A DNA stretch of 64,000 nucleotides. It comes from Candidatus Heimdallarchaeota archaeon. GTDB lineage: Archaea; Asgardarchaeota; Heimdallarchaeia; Heimdallarchaeales; Heimdallarchaeaceae. Within the stretch, counting starts at the first letter, position 1. Each line of letters starts with the position of its first letter. Below the pieces are notes generated by a model. That model was not told the origin of the DNA. It made no database searches and saw nothing but the letters and a program-made list of their open reading frames with translations. The stretch covers positions 53,873 to 117,872 of the forward strand of contig JAHLWR010000013.1 in NCBI GenBank assembly GCA_019057815.1. The letters are read 5' to 3'. The translations under genes and the position numbers were made by a program. This document shows positions 12,001 to 22,500 of the stretch, piece by piece.

Positions 12001-13511
12001 CTCGGATATAGTCTCACCAATCTTATTTTGTCTTCTGTGGTAGGATCTTTAATAAATTGTAAAGCATAACCACTATCGAAGATATTATCATAGTTAAATA
12101 ATATTGAGAAGATTGATTCTGTTGTGGGATCATTTTGAACAAAGATGAAAGAAGTTGAAAGTCTGTAAGAGTCGTTCATTTCCAAAGGTAAATAGGCTTT
12201 TGTTTTGAAATCAGTATGTGTAGTATTAAGCATTAATCCCTCTTCTGATGTGCATTGTGTATAGTTTTCATCATATACCCAGTTATCAAGATCGCAATCT
12301 GTGAAGTCTATATCATAAATGGGGATACTGTTTTCAAGCAAATAGGATATATATCCTCCATCTTTGTTGTTATCGACAAGTAGAACGCGGTTATTAACAA
12401 CTCTTATTCCACTTTGATCTGAAGTGACATCAGCTAATGTAGTTATTTTTGTGTCATAAAGAGATTTTGAATATTCTTCAGCATTAATTATTTCTCCTGG
12501 GGAATATCGATAATCATTTATTGTTTCATCAATATACAAATAATTTAGTATTAATCCCGTATCTATTCCTGCTGTATTGTTGTACCAAGTTATTGCTAGT
12601 TCCAAACGGATATAATGCCCAGCCCACCACGATAAATCAATAGTATCCATTGTTGGATAGTAGTTTAAATATTCAAATTCATCTACAATTTTGATGTTTT
12701 TATAGGGGTTGTCAGCATCGTAAATTGTCATCTCAATGTCATAGTAAACATATGGAGCATTCAATAGAGACGAAAACAGATAGTTTAGTGTAGGTTTATA
12801 TACGGAAGGTATTACCATATGAAAATCGAAATAGCGTTTGCCATAAGGAGCAACAGAAGGTACGTTAAAGATTCTTGCATTATGCTCTATTCCTTCTGCT
12901 GTTACTATACCATTTTCGCAAATGTAATCTTTTGCAGAAGGATATAGATCTTCATTAAAAGCTTTATCATTTGTTAATAGGTCGTATTTGTGAAATTGGG
13001 GAGTATATATACTTACTTCTTTAATGTTTAAATTATAACCATTCTCGTCATTATCAATGATTTTGATGGTAAGATATTGAGTATTTTTGAAGATATAATA
13101 ATCTATTCTAGCACCCCTTAGATGAGTGAAACTTTCTTTTGTGAAAAATATTTTGGAAGTATTGGTATCAGATATAATCAATTTATCTATTGGATCAGCA
13201 CCATTTGTAGGTGTTTCTACGGTAAGTAGCAGCTCGCTTTCTCCATTCCAACTGCTAATATCAACAACTTTTGTAGCATAACCGTTATCTGGTATATGTA
13301 GGTTATCATACCATGTTTCAAGGTTATCGCCTTTCCAACCCAAAATAGATTCGTGAAAATATGAGTCTTTCACAAAATAATATCCATTATCAAATGTATT
13401 TGGAGTTGTAATTAATATTCCTGATACATTTGAAAACGCAACCAAAAAAATTAACACTGCTGCTAACGTTACTGTTACTAATCTTTTTGCTTTATAATTA
13501 TAAGTGTCCAT
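1..13511 (-). CDS. Giant secreted/membrane protein, >4503 aa, 3' end outside the window; LamG/ConA-like beta domains, one alpha/beta domain, late hydrophobic hairpin
   Basis: Manual translation: ATG at 13511 after an AAGGA RBS, 17 nt past the upstream giant's stop, reading MDTYNYKAKRLVTVTLAAVLIFLVAFSNVSG (signal peptide). Frame spot-checked open near 10.8 kb, 7.1 kb, 5.4 kb and from 1.7 kb to base 3. An internal stop would have produced a large ORF in the track; none is listed. Confidence 0.92.
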   Translation of the reverse strand, partial: MDTYNYKAKRLVTVTLAAVLIFLVAFSNVSGILITTPNTFDNGYYFVKDSYFHESILGWKGDNLETWYDNLHIPDNGYATKVVDISSWNGESELLLTVETPTNGADPIDKLIISDTNTSKIFFTKESFTHLRGARIDYYIFKNTQYLTIKIIDNDENGYNLNIKEVSIYTPQFHKYDLLTNDKAFNEDLYPSAKDYICENGIVTAEGIEHNARIFNVPSVAPYGKRYFDFHMVIPSVYKPTLNYLFSSLLNAPYVYYDIEMTIYDADNPYKNIKIVDEFEYLNYYPTMDTIDLSWWAGHYIRLELAITWYNNTAGIDTGLILNYLYIDETINDYRYSPGEIINAEEYSKSLYDTKITTLADVTSDQSGIRVVNNRVLLVDNNKDGGYISYLLENSIPIYDIDFTDCDLDNWVYDENYTQCTSEEGLMLNTTHTDFKTKAYLPLEMNDSYRLSTSFIFVQNDPTTESIFSILFNYDNIFDSGYALQFIKDPTTEDKIRLVRLYPSGYTSIYERKETILLNEEYNVEIIYDNGGITVYISNSEYISIHDEYFGIRYVGFMGYNSIVKTTTLIVESREPNAADRLHVRAMNQGPEDVTLAFYIDDIDRYGIARTLVAKAVIEHGKGFERVICPINPETIRFTSILSIEIVETFNWPIYIDELGFAGATPFGQSRPAWDYYRRGTASYIDNDMLVYNGDEPSGYESPYDYTDSTNEIFYPKLDVQTEQWQSLWQTRIISDIFTAERFGDENLTQVEYNELDGTLQEIKLIENMGTEQYGMVLNKEVNIAGDITFQIHVDFTTISAEDFVQIELTNNFNEPFLVVGRKFDTYYILIDGHEEQIALADGNSHYFTIKKESTTVTFQVDSTTVFTITKDTPALLQQIKNINIRAGTYDIFRVILGSASCEFKAGYTTLRHRLISETFNTLDAWNVTANANNVVDLSNNVLATQFADDVLKRKDLFWISESGAGYHGTYLSHEQQLDSNIIIDFIAIILGSEDPTSIGIQQISFGNTDEKITIIFRDLSDTDNATEFLIVINEDTLYTETITTSIFKKIRITKNENEIQITDLDRSTTILEHTFSTNFLIDTIAISQEIFYDHYYPNYYLDTLFVDSYYYSAGYNALESAVNTVLEENMYNSYIAGNWLTSYDGCDVSDIGITNENNYMKITPLNTLTQNIAITFSRNVSSDYDFMIDFRVNIESIDKIGSLTISLNNMNSYLHLEFTGSSIIISLHSTSGTDIITIQKTVLQYSSLRLIQEGNTLTFYSNINSVDILVPHLSLNIEPYRIENIDIITTFDFASPEPLLMMLGDITLKDALVTQYDAPWESEYVILNDHFSDLSNWEIKGINYYTSQTILQNATYLTTNFERPFQDGTDWYGNVYAYDYTFETDFYLDTRLTYLLDKNYGIISIILEDHLQYLDLFELRFTGEEQGHVTISLFINRVLVDSFSHSNDINNNVFRIMREGNTLSVLSDITGTNQLETIFTYTNEIEQLYIDRIKIKELSLGNNTVTNTMGINAIYVCTKSLPIDNPHPFNAITSFVAPDYSTDFATIDDFATYAYGNVATNEIPYVLNEGLKTLFDFSQFTYVPKGRTFWKDMVLVDDFLMTAHINTTISYNCIGYLTFEFLDNAYNIAFKVEIITTDVLTINVYIGEYLVIQYVDDSIIDADIWFRFGRKDSELLLGLYRGDYYIPIAPLIVLSNEIPVSHNSDVFALRITQSAIYTNEIFPNIISLKYLDLGSSSSYDNSSIITRETPEDLNFIASYDMFLKNETRLYLTALANYYVGENVTERLTFHIFLLEIDGIFNLDDAQYVGSIIFLDNDFDFHSHSLVIIGYEGLYEVIIMIDRRIPIQLLSLQATDITSHSEAEEDYEYSTSDFGWAEDFDKYSTTKRWVENVFTKEYYFSMYVFDDKRVIAFNTNVSFENGILRVNHTSYDEGRLYINFNPVNVTEYPFVAIDIMTDDIEENNSISLGVNNQYYDITPFTNRIQGFVTIHKNMYEILYPNNDQSVGQLVISFDKPTTFTIRKIEVYKIAKYNYLHTEESNENSYADIGYANNIDTAIVFLIGSAITPTREQQELNAVSFFKAKYPDVPIYYYYSEDANFPNWMKNTLRTSSKKYILVVFDELPTKLLEKYYYYDDYGRPFEKYLLQEWIERGNNLFWAGSEPFGKGIDDQGIVNPIDGDIVRKYLGEVINNTVVPDVIPTDIETNITTEGEMVGLQPYNPSWLVNYTAMPRYGGKLLAYYHNEEGVEYNITIHQGLELTNPLMFNNYWISGFVDSPISFINTIDSSVLLQIFMQFYLEPPSFDNVFGALLLHGPITLQKTFSFSKEYEQISLSASNYINVIIDNETIDFNIYDEKCLADYGVNNSINGFILQLNETFTAIYGISFIEKNTDMQREVYYFDSPEENIDTYLQMIEGGFSYSDAYNMLRGAGAAFLDTHPYENTIFELEMSVQPSTWIEGDIRTDVAGMMLELPTENIANSFYDGLFIGFKVVEDIDYTYPLYLVIMQYQGASDTYSLLFEQKIVNLGNSIDPGPNSVDNMNLQPLKLTIVKTITPSGQVRYDIYAKCYRVFGISEWDEVRAMQQANDGEYGMATRWFATSTSVTVQGYQASNIGFYSNRTNFFYNSLVIYPTSPEQTGDYISLDSGHTYMSIDGLWVDGQISTNYIDMKDVNYLVTLSNLFQNVWDTQTTRRVYIGVMNDLGHTCALAWDLGGFGYDILGEFAHVYFDDQASKNDEIFKIRIEIKENSDVVFSIYSEDDMGQSIVEEIFYHNNFMKPHLNGGTKVKLFIQTENTMVYIEEIRNGKFYTSPLTYSHGRGLQGAGEISYWLKGETEYSLKMFNSSISNSFIMGNYTESLGTFTTTFIANDTTNAVFTTTHNDNELFNIEIRDNILYFDNQSLDYQIYSGHIYTLTFNFNSSYQVLFIDDGTKEEKWEYDGTTINIDIGYTYHVSMSTTTGTLYLLEVSIGVINSDFSYKDLEGWSYNVDDNGLFTFSEDYFARKGILQLIVNPLYGPVNISVYGDDDQFLGYRCIDYNAFTTNHPVIIILDDFSIVGLHKYTLHFDNIVEFDKIALGKVKTITNFLYTSPSNPDILPSDAKYSVDLIDIPSVESVDVTLVNSLEFYYKIAEGDVLTVTLPLQASYMEDYNYYEKNLNLEIILANLYFTSTNFDPYDLNDTNYSGYHHIEYAVPIKDDNDWHYFSLNFMNLIAYISATQVGTEQSLNLLDVTNPYDYISNFYSVVKVKDFYVDGTHYTLSCSAGSSELKGFNLYAILPTINPSENTPSALLNTDSTWQPILSDDLGYINLKERLNLTFADVFAFDMTFTVLTEKESIGTLIINTNVEFSIDNPVSYQFSYDVANKYEEKEIKIPLNNLYGGYHTFIFRIHHTTFNDSSFNDYQPFFKVNIVLDKSFTLLKDSMKTVLDSNNFTFIPEWTVSNPDIYIDKTGEYFRNGDIDIPEWNGEYIPIYSNYSMSYFLTEWFEKAVPLAGDVIFNNITYNDMALGYSSITDYGTIEELGQIDSGFYSNDTQIVVSTTIRHLTEITPDLQYILHSNLNLSSFLAIYIDGFLIRQPNDFNASSFRNELLLADANGNFQFTMKPYDLTNTYNGDDISTTWHTAGFHTFVFVLNDLNAYNSLNFTLSIEGINEFISLVAQPTDYHIDLMDKLGQRRIFLALDEYTGGTNTFTYAPVDIARRSYSSKKYLMSYFYCDGLAIHTVKIVWIGVADYDETDGIGYAVFGYIYDQNTAHEYHEIQIQKVELQEMVPCSTTTQSNYQSINNLEVKNLQTQDLENIKLYTATTSGDTSINHDLLAVQENSYTMEITSVGTTLELNDVINIEYWNLFDEHYNTGPIDYLVLNITDNNVEGFNTTQFRITLQDRVITINLLTKELHVLYNGMYIAHFLNSLSVEFNNHYDGNFIFTSQVLLKLFSYDYVVPDERTVTPQSLLYAQQTLEDYLLNYDWEGAFLQFVKSSWNNFINYLRYNFYCPLKQFIDVLKSGELLDRWIENADEHFHIYAILGSIMLLTGGLMLYGNIQGRFLTFIVKKTFIIAGIMLVGMVILDMTGGPNWIASGLSAMFNTLKAKIVEFFSNPGKYILQFFRNVLVSAKVVFSKTKDFLISWGNRIKTSFINFWQKITAIFNLLKSFLTGELSFNDFMRTLGSLLKGDFTDWAEKKYYYLLRFILLLEWVFHIGGCTGIVSKEEYPYVQSNADMLLHLNYRAHNRENYNFGGENLFMVYLKTIANEIAKSEGVAIGGNEAAQVKYIAEVLRKTGFSVVISDSLGANISTVYVPNTKKLGVTNPNDVRNPDSLNQSADIVIYKVIGAEDEISYEMFFGMSDNFVIPGINLGTGLKESTFMTIMEMFLARFSITALWQDVRDAIFDPNNFFRGLAISQIPGDILMVLSDIDEPSHQAQDLLSKKIKNTKEWEFWKKEAVGKNIDFDNPSSWSQSDRMLLEYIEKLSPQNALSSLELGNTFKFGTRELLEFGTKLVGSFLQWGIF

Positions 13512-13528
13512 AATATTTTCCTTTCTTT

Positions 13529-16500
13529 TCATTTAATTTTCACCTTCTCTAAAAATCGCAGGACTTTTTTTCCTACCTTTCGTCTAAAAATAATCAACGG
13601 AATGGCGATAATACTTGTTAAAGAGGACATAATTATTAATGTGTAATTGGTCTGTGTTAAGTGGTCATGGTTTAATTGAGTCGCCGTTATATTAGGATAA
13701 AGAGTTATTTTTTCTGATTGTAAATGATACCTGCTGATACTATCTATGTATGTTTCAATATACATCTCGATTTCTTCTACGGTCTGTAACGAAAGCGAGA
13801 TATCGTTTTTCTTGAAGAAACTGATAGATTGCCAAACCTTATCATTTTGATATTTGTAAAGGATTTTTGTTTCCAACACTTTACCTTGTGTCGTGATATT
13901 TATACGTGTCAGATTATTTTCTGTATTGTACGATATTATAGGTTGTAGAGGGCTGATAGTGTCTGTAATATTTAAATCATTGAAACCATAATGATAATCT
14001 TTAACAAAACTTTTTGTGAAACCAAAATAACTATGCCACAACATATCTATGTTATAAGTTTCTGTTACAAGTTTATCTAATGAAATTATAGCTTGCCAAA
14101 ACACTTTTCCGGCATTATTAGTATATCTCATAGGATAATAATATTCTGTACCTTGATCTTGTAATGTTAGTGTTATTGTACCGTAACCACTTACATCATG
14201 TAATGTCAAAGCATATTGTAAAAGATTATGATCGTTTTTCAACTCTTGAATAGTATAAGGGATATTCAATGGGCTACTATCTTGTGTATGAGTACCTTCT
14301 TCCATAACCATTGAACAACTTACTAATGGGTCGAAAGGTCCACCACCAGGGTCATATGGTGTTACCCAATAATCATACCAATCAGTAGTTATGGCATTGC
14401 TTATTATAGGATCATAAACGATAAATCTGTAATTAACAGTAGCATGAAGATTTTCGGGTAATTCTTGTCTCCAAGTAGACCAACTGTCATAATATCTACT
14501 ACCACTAAAATAATTCATCCAGAGGGATATAGGGGAAGTTGGTGAACCCTGCAAAAAAGTGTAATATTGTACTTTAACTTGGTAAATATACCAATTATCT
14601 GAAACTTTTACTTGTAGTAGTTGTCCAGCATCATAAGGTACTGGATCTCCATACATTTCTGTAACTTCATGGAAAACAGGGGATTCTGTATCTGTCCATT
14701 GAAGGGCAAATGCATCAGTCTCATACGTATCTCCACCTGCTATTGTAGCTGTACATATCGAGTAGCGGTAGGTTTCAGGCAAATATCCCCCACTATAAGA
14801 TAAACTATATTGTATATGCCACAAAGTCGTAGAATCAGATATTGAATTGGAGGTATATATAGAAGCCACATCTATCCATGTAGTACCACCATCATATGAG
14901 TATTGTAAGAAAACATAGTGTGGCCATGGTTCTGTCGCATAGTCCCAATCTCCCCAAATATTGTATGGTGGAGAATATAGTGTATAATAAAGGTCAAATA
15001 TATTAGTAGTTGTAGGGTCTATATTCTGAGGTCCAAATGTAGATAAGCCCATGTCAATGTTAGATTCACCAAACTCAGTTTCCGCTAAAGTAATAACACT
15101 ATATGAGAATTCATTATAGTAAACATCATGATCACGAGTGTATTTTATTTTAATATAATCGACTATTGCTCCTGCCCAAGCACCAGAACGAACATCAACA
15201 ATGCCTTTATCTGTTGATCCTATTGGAAGACCGTACATTACCCTCATTGCAGCTGTAAAATGAAAAGTAAATTTAACAGTATTATCATCTATTTCTTCAC
15301 CGGCATAAGAGGAAATGGATCTGTAATTAGCATCTATATCATATAGTGAAAACCAAAAACTTATCTGACAAAAGATAATTGAATCCCATGGACTGTCAGC
15401 ATCATAAATATAAACATAGAACGTTAATGAATCAGATTCGTCTGTGAATTGTAAATCTGTGTCAAGAAGAAGATTGGTAGAAGGATGAGTACTCTCATAC
15501 AGTCCTATACAAACAGGTGGTGTTGAATCACCCAAGATAAAGCTTTCATCGGAAGCACCTGTATCACCATCTGCAGTAACACTAATAGTGATAATTATTT
15601 CTTGTCCCTCAAGACAGTTAAAGATGAAATCATTTATAACAAAGTTGAAAGAATAAGATTTACTGTTTAAACCCAAACTATTTTTAGAAAAGGTGAATCT
15701 GCTATCTGTTATTGGATTAGTTCTGGATGCGCCTTTATCTACATTATAGATTGTTATAGAAACATATGCATCGCCAAATGCTGAAGCTTCAAAAACTCTG
15801 AACAGAACAGTTGTTGTACCTGATGGTGTAGGGTGATTTGGATATGAAGGAGTAATTAATATAGCGTCTATTAAAGGAGCAACATCGTCATTGAAGTGTA
15901 TTGTAGGCCATGCAGGAATGCCAGAATATATATTTATCCAATCACAATCTATCCCCAGTGAATTATCAACATATTTTATATCGATATGATATTCAATATC
16001 GCATAATGTTGAAGGTCTATCCCAAACAATATCTGTTGGAAACTTTAACTGAATATAATAATCGCGTCCTTCATAAGTTGGCAAGCCCTGATAATTCGTA
16101 CGTGTTACTGATACATCAAGAACTGTCGTACCAATTTCAAAATCGTAACCTGTGGTAGGATCCCCTGTCCAATAGTAATGACCAATAATAAACAATGTAT
16201 TATCGGTAGAACCATCCCAAGTTGTCTTGATTGTAGGATTTATCTCTCCTACATCTATTACATATCTTAAAGTTAATTGAGCATAACTAGTACTGCTTAG
16301 TGCTATGCTAGTATCAGTTATTGTATGTTTCACAGAGACAGGATTAGTATCAATTACATCATTGATATCCAACTCCAACATATTGGCCGTATTTATAGGT
16401 TCATAACTCATTTGATTTGCATAACCACCTACCAAACCATACCACGCATAATTTACTCTGTCAAATACCTCAAAATAATATTTGGAATTATAACTCCCTA

Positions 16501-19500
16501 TTTCATCACAATAAAGCCTAGTAAGATATTTATGACAATATGTATCTTGATAAAAATACGTACTAGTATATGATAATTCATGTGAAACAATATCTCCTGA
16601 CTGCAAGTTTAATATCTTTAAAGTAACCGTTAGCCTCGAAGATGCACCTTGCTCAGGTACATCTCTTACACTTATTGCAAAGTATTCATATGGTCTATAT
16701 ATAACGTGTGGGTTCCAGTCAAATGATGTTGGTAAATATGATATTTGTTCACCTGTATGAAATAACATAAATATTGGTGTCCACGCGTCTAGAACCCTAA
16801 AGAAAGTACTGTGTACCCCGTCACTTGTAAATGTGAAACCATTCTCTAGTCCTGCATTACTTACCTTCCCATTATCGTAACTATCTACTAAAACAACTGT
16901 TACAGTAACAATTTTATCATAATCATCATACTCAAAAATTCCGTATAAGTCTTCTGCACTTACCTCTATATATCCCCTAACATGCATTTTTTTAGGAACT
17001 GTTTCGAAAGTTAGTGATTCTATCGTTAAATACCCATAATAGTCTACTGTAATTGATGTAATATCTTGAACTAAATTGAATTTTACATAACACCAATAAT
17101 TATTATCTGTATTATCATCAGGATTATTATTTGGATCGGGTGTATAATCAGCGAATAAAATGTAATCTAGTTCTGCGGTATATGACGTATCATATTCCAC
17201 GTAGAGTTTTTGTGTCCAATCAATATCTGTTATATCCTCATAGTTGACATCAACAAGAGTAATTTCCGGATGGTTAACCCCATCTCCCTTATAGGTAACT
17301 ACTAAAAATGAGTTATCGATAGAGGTAATTTCAGTCTCAAAGGTATTCCACCAAAATGTGGTTTCCCAAGTATATTGTATTTTTAGATAAATAACAACTT
17401 TTCCTGTATATATTATATCGTTAGTCGAAAAAGACTCAATTGTTACCATTCCATCATTTGGTGTACAAGTATAACTTTCAAGCCAGTTATCACTATTGTA
17501 ATCAATATCATCATCGTCTATACCTTGAGGATTATCATTTAAATTATCACCATTCTCAAAATATCTGTAATAAATATCAATATTAATATCGTATAAAACG
17601 TTTGATAGAGTAACTAGACCCTCTATTGTATCCCCAGGCGCAAAAATACTAACCGCCCCTTCTATTGCTACTCCCCCACTTATCACATCGTAATTGACAA
17701 TATCATGTACTAAATAAAAAATGTCTGTTTCAATTATTTGTTCCCATATTGAATCTTTTAGGATATATATTTTAAATTTAAACTGTACGATACTTGGATC
17801 TATACCCTCTAAATAATGTGCCCAATCTATTTGCCATTTTAACAAAAATTCTCCATAAATTGGTGGGTCTATCTTGCTGATTGATAGATAAGTATTTAGT
17901 TCAGCAAATACTATTACAGTGCCGTCTAACTCACAAAGTTCAATCTTAAATTCTTCACTTGTCAAATCTGATCCGTCAAAAAGTGTTACTTTTAAGACAT
18001 TTGTTTCTCCACCTATGATAACGCGTCCATCATGGTCAGGATTTCCATCTGTTCTTATTGTAGTACCTTCTTCATCATATGTGTTATAGGGACCATGTAT
18101 TGGGTCATATAAGTCATAAACATATATTGAATATTCCTCTGTTTCTTTGTTTAATTGTTTATCTTCAATTTCTACTTTAAAGAATAGTTGTAGTCTTTTA
18201 TCAGTGGGGTGAGCATATTGGTTATAAATAGCTTCTGTAAGTCCAATACCCGCAGCATCATCAAGATCGATATATATTGTTTCAATACATGACGTAGATG
18301 TCTCATGTTCGAGGTCTATTGTTTCCAAATGAAGGTAAGAAAGGCTTCCATATTTATAATAAATTTTTATATTTGCAGCACCATAAAGATAACTTTCTTC
18401 GTCTGTTATTGTTATATCCATGCGAAAACACGCTTTATATCCTAAAGTATCATCCATTATAGTCGATATCCATTCAATATCACTACTTGTATATAGGTAT
18501 CGTACTGAGGATTGAGGAGCATATCTATCATCGATATCAAAGCGAAATTCTGTTTCTGTCCCAAATCCTGTTATTTCTACAAAGTTGTTTGTAAAATCTT
18601 CAACATGAATCTTATAATAAATAAAGTCATCAAGTGGTACATCTTTAACAAATGAGCGAATTGTTTCCCAATTTAAGGTGTATGTAATTGTATATGTGTT
18701 ACCATCAACAACTATTGTCGTTACTGTCCCATATATTGCCCAACTACCACTTACACCTATTTTGAAATAAACATATACATCATCGTTTTCTATAAATGTT
18801 TCGTATTCTATAGCGCTTATTGTAATAACAAAGTCATACCAACCAGAGCTATCTTGAATATTATCATAAGGTGTGTGAGAGACACTTGTTATTGTTGGTG
18901 GAGTAGCGTCTGATATGGTAAATGTATGTGGTGTTGTTGCATCTCCTTCATAATCATCTAAACCATTATGCAAAACGTAGAAATAAAAATCATATGCCCC
19001 ATCTGCTAATCCCACGCTACTTATATCTTCACCATATTTTACAACTTCTGTGCTAATTATTTCTTGATAGCCTAATGCCAACTCTATCCAAACACTGTCT
19101 AATCCATGTTTATAGCGGACTACTACTGTATCTAAAGAGTTTAAGTTATTAATGTCATTTTCTAGGACTTTACACCAAAAAGATATTGTGTCACCAGAGT
19201 TAAAGATATGACTTTGACTAGGCTGAAAGTCAGTGATACTTGGATCAGTAATGTCTTGTACTATCCATGATGAGGGAAGAGGAGGAGTTTCCTCTATTTC
19301 TATTACATTTGCTGTTTCTGCGTCATCTTCAATTGTTATTTTAGTAATCGTAATCGTATCAGAAGGAACGAAATACATTTCAGAAATGTAAAATGTTGCT
19401 TTATATCCTTCTTCTGGTACCGTAACATAGGTGAAGCTTGTTACAGTTATTGGTGTCTTTGGGTTGTCGTTAATTTTATAATCTAATATTATCTTGCTAA

Positions 19501-22500
19501 TGCCATTGTTGTCGTTTGCTATAACATCAATTACTAGGGGTGATTTGTCATAAACATTACTGATATCTGATATACTGACAAACCAAGGTGATGTATTATC
19601 GAAAACAACAAATGTCCCACCTTCAACAGTGGTTATTTTAATAGGGTTACTTCCGTCGATAGCTTCAATATAATAAATATATGTCCCTTTTTCCAACTCT
19701 AAAGAAAGATCACATTCTCCTGTTTCAGCATTATAATTCATTGTGTAAGAGATGTTCACATCGTTTATTGTAATAATTAAATTCACTTCGTAAATATACC
19801 CATCATCTGTTACTGTTGCTAAAAATAGGATAGGAACGTTATCATATAGGGGGTCGCCAGAGCGACTATAATCGTGTATTATTGGGTTTGCAAGATCATC
19901 TATTGTATCAGTATACTCTTTTATAATATTATTACCGTGACCATCATCATAATCTACAGATAACCAAAAACTGTCTAAAGCTGGCATTTCTGGTAAGTCT
20001 ACATAATATTGTTCTTTAATGCCATCATAGTATGTAATCAAATCTTGTGTTGTTATTGTAGTACTACTAAACGTAGCTGTGACTGTAATTATACTTATAT
20101 CATATATTATAGGTAAATATACTTGAATAGTTGTTTGGGGATTCAAATCTCCGGGATCAAAATTATCATCAACAACTATAGGAACATACGTATCTTGAAC
20201 TGTTTTGGTTATAAACCCAGAATCGTAAGTCGATGAATGTTCAGAACTATCATCTACAATAAGTTTGATTTTGATACCCATGTTATAGTAATCTTGACTT
20301 AATGTTTCCAAAACACTTAGCGGAACGGAATATTCAACTAATTTGTTAGATATACTATATGTTTCAATTACTTGATATGTTGTCGACGTAAAGATTAGAG
20401 TTGTTTCGTCCGGTGACCACAGTTCTATATGTGTTGATTCAAGATTTAACGCGGTATCATCTGTTACATTTGCTAGAATAGTATATTCTATATTTGGTAA
20501 ATCGAAATAATCTTCACTGAGATTGGTTATATATCCTGTTGGAGCATAAGTGTCTCGAACCCAAATTGTATAAATATCTCCTTGAGTGATCATACCGTTT
20601 GAATCTGTTGCTTTTATCCAAATATCTATATTCGCTACATGTATTATATCCCAACTGGATACAGTAACTGAATAGTTATATGACTCATAAAAATCTATAT
20701 CAAAAGTTGTTGTTCCCGATATTGTTTCAGATATACCATCGTGCGCATATGTTATCCAGTGGAGTGTAACACTTTGAATTACTGAATCATCAATAATTCT
20801 TGTTCGTATAGTGAGAAGATTATTATAACCAACAACTGTCGAATCTATCGCCTCTAAAGTATCTAAAAATATTTCTGGTCCTAGCCCATCTCCAATTGCA
20901 TAGGATAAGATGTTGTGCAACTGTGTTTGCTGATCAAACTGGTCTGTAACGTAAAAACTAATTACTAAAGCGTCTCCATAATTATAATTCTCAGGGATGA
21001 TACAAGTGTATGTCCCATTAAAATTATCTATAAGCGTAATATATGTCTCTGCCCCATAATTGATAGTAAACCCTGCTTTAGCCTCTATAATCTCAGAGTT
21101 ATCACTTATTTCTAATAAAATAATACAATCTTCTGTTTCTAATACTGTAGTAGGTGCGTTTACTATTTGAACGCTAGGGGGTGTGATATCTCTTATTGTA
21201 AAACAATATGTACCTTCTGTTAAATGTCCTGAAGTATCATATACTGTGATTTTTATTGCAAGTAATTCACCTGTATACGAGCTTAAATCTAAAGGGTATG
21301 AAAGTGTTACTGTCCATACTTGTTGATTGTTCCCATAATCATAAAAAATTGTTTCAGTTAGCCAAGTATATTGTGTACCCACTTTTATTCCATAAATAAC
21401 AGTAAACCTATCGAGTTCGTTAATATCAGCTACTGTAATATTTGTTCTAGTTATCTCACTAGTGTCTATGGGATCACAATTCACATATAATATCTGTGGT
21501 TCATGGGTGTCTGAAACTTGAAACTGTTCTTCGAATATAGCTGTGTTGTTTAAAGGTTCACCATTATATGTAGTGTTATCTGTTGCAATAATTGTAAATA
21601 TCACAGTCGTTAAGTCAGTGAAATTTTGTATTACATATTCGTAATAATTCTCGTATCCAATGATAGGTATCATATTATGTGTTTGATTATATATTGTTAT
21701 ACCATTAATGTGTATAGCAGTAATTTGTATTGCTACAGTATCTAAGTTATCATCTACTACTGAACAGTTTACTATCACAGAAGTTTGACTGTCTATAACA
21801 GCTGAGTTGATAGGTCCCCAATAGGTGTTTGTAATAGTTGGAGCTATTCCATCATAATATGTTATCGTAGTGTTTTCTGACGTCGCCTCGTTTCCTGACG
21901 AATCTTCAGCGAATATCCAATAGTTGCATTCATAACGAGGGTCATGCATCTCTATTGTTCCTATATATGTGTCTGTGCTTGGTATTCTATCAAGAAATGT
22001 TCCTCTTTTTACATAATGCGTGCCATTGTAGAATGTGTAATATACAATTCGCGTACTTACTTCTGATGCATCTTCAATCGTTGCATTGATTTGTAATCTT
22101 TTTCCTGGGGTATAGGATAGGTCAGTGTCATGAACAATATTAGAAATAGCTGGTTTTATAGAATCATAAATGATAACATTATATGATTCTGTAGTTGTGG
22201 TATGATGTTCTGGTCCATTATCTTCTGCTACACAATATAAAAGTACGTTAGAGTTTTCAGGATAACCATTAAACTCATATTCCCAATAGTTATCTATCAA
22301 ATATGTTGGATAATCAACATACCATGTTTGTGTTTGTGACTCCCAATAATGGATTTCTACGCTTGCTATTCCGTCATAATCGAAAGCTTCTATATACACT
22401 GTGAAAGGAGAATTTGTAGGTACTGGTGTTGGAATAATATCATATACCAGAATAAAAGGATGTAATCCGTCTGTTACATAATATTCTTCTTTTGTAGAAT

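Noticed and set aside
14330-14360. YDPGGGPFDP in the 3224-aa giant resembling FDPPGGG in the 157-aa secreted protein
   Set aside because: Too short and low in complexity to support a shared processing signal without homolog data.
1030-16573. Short ORFs listed within the two giant genes, mostly on the plus strand
   Set aside because: Antisense or off-frame shadows of the giant CDSs with no recognisable motifs.
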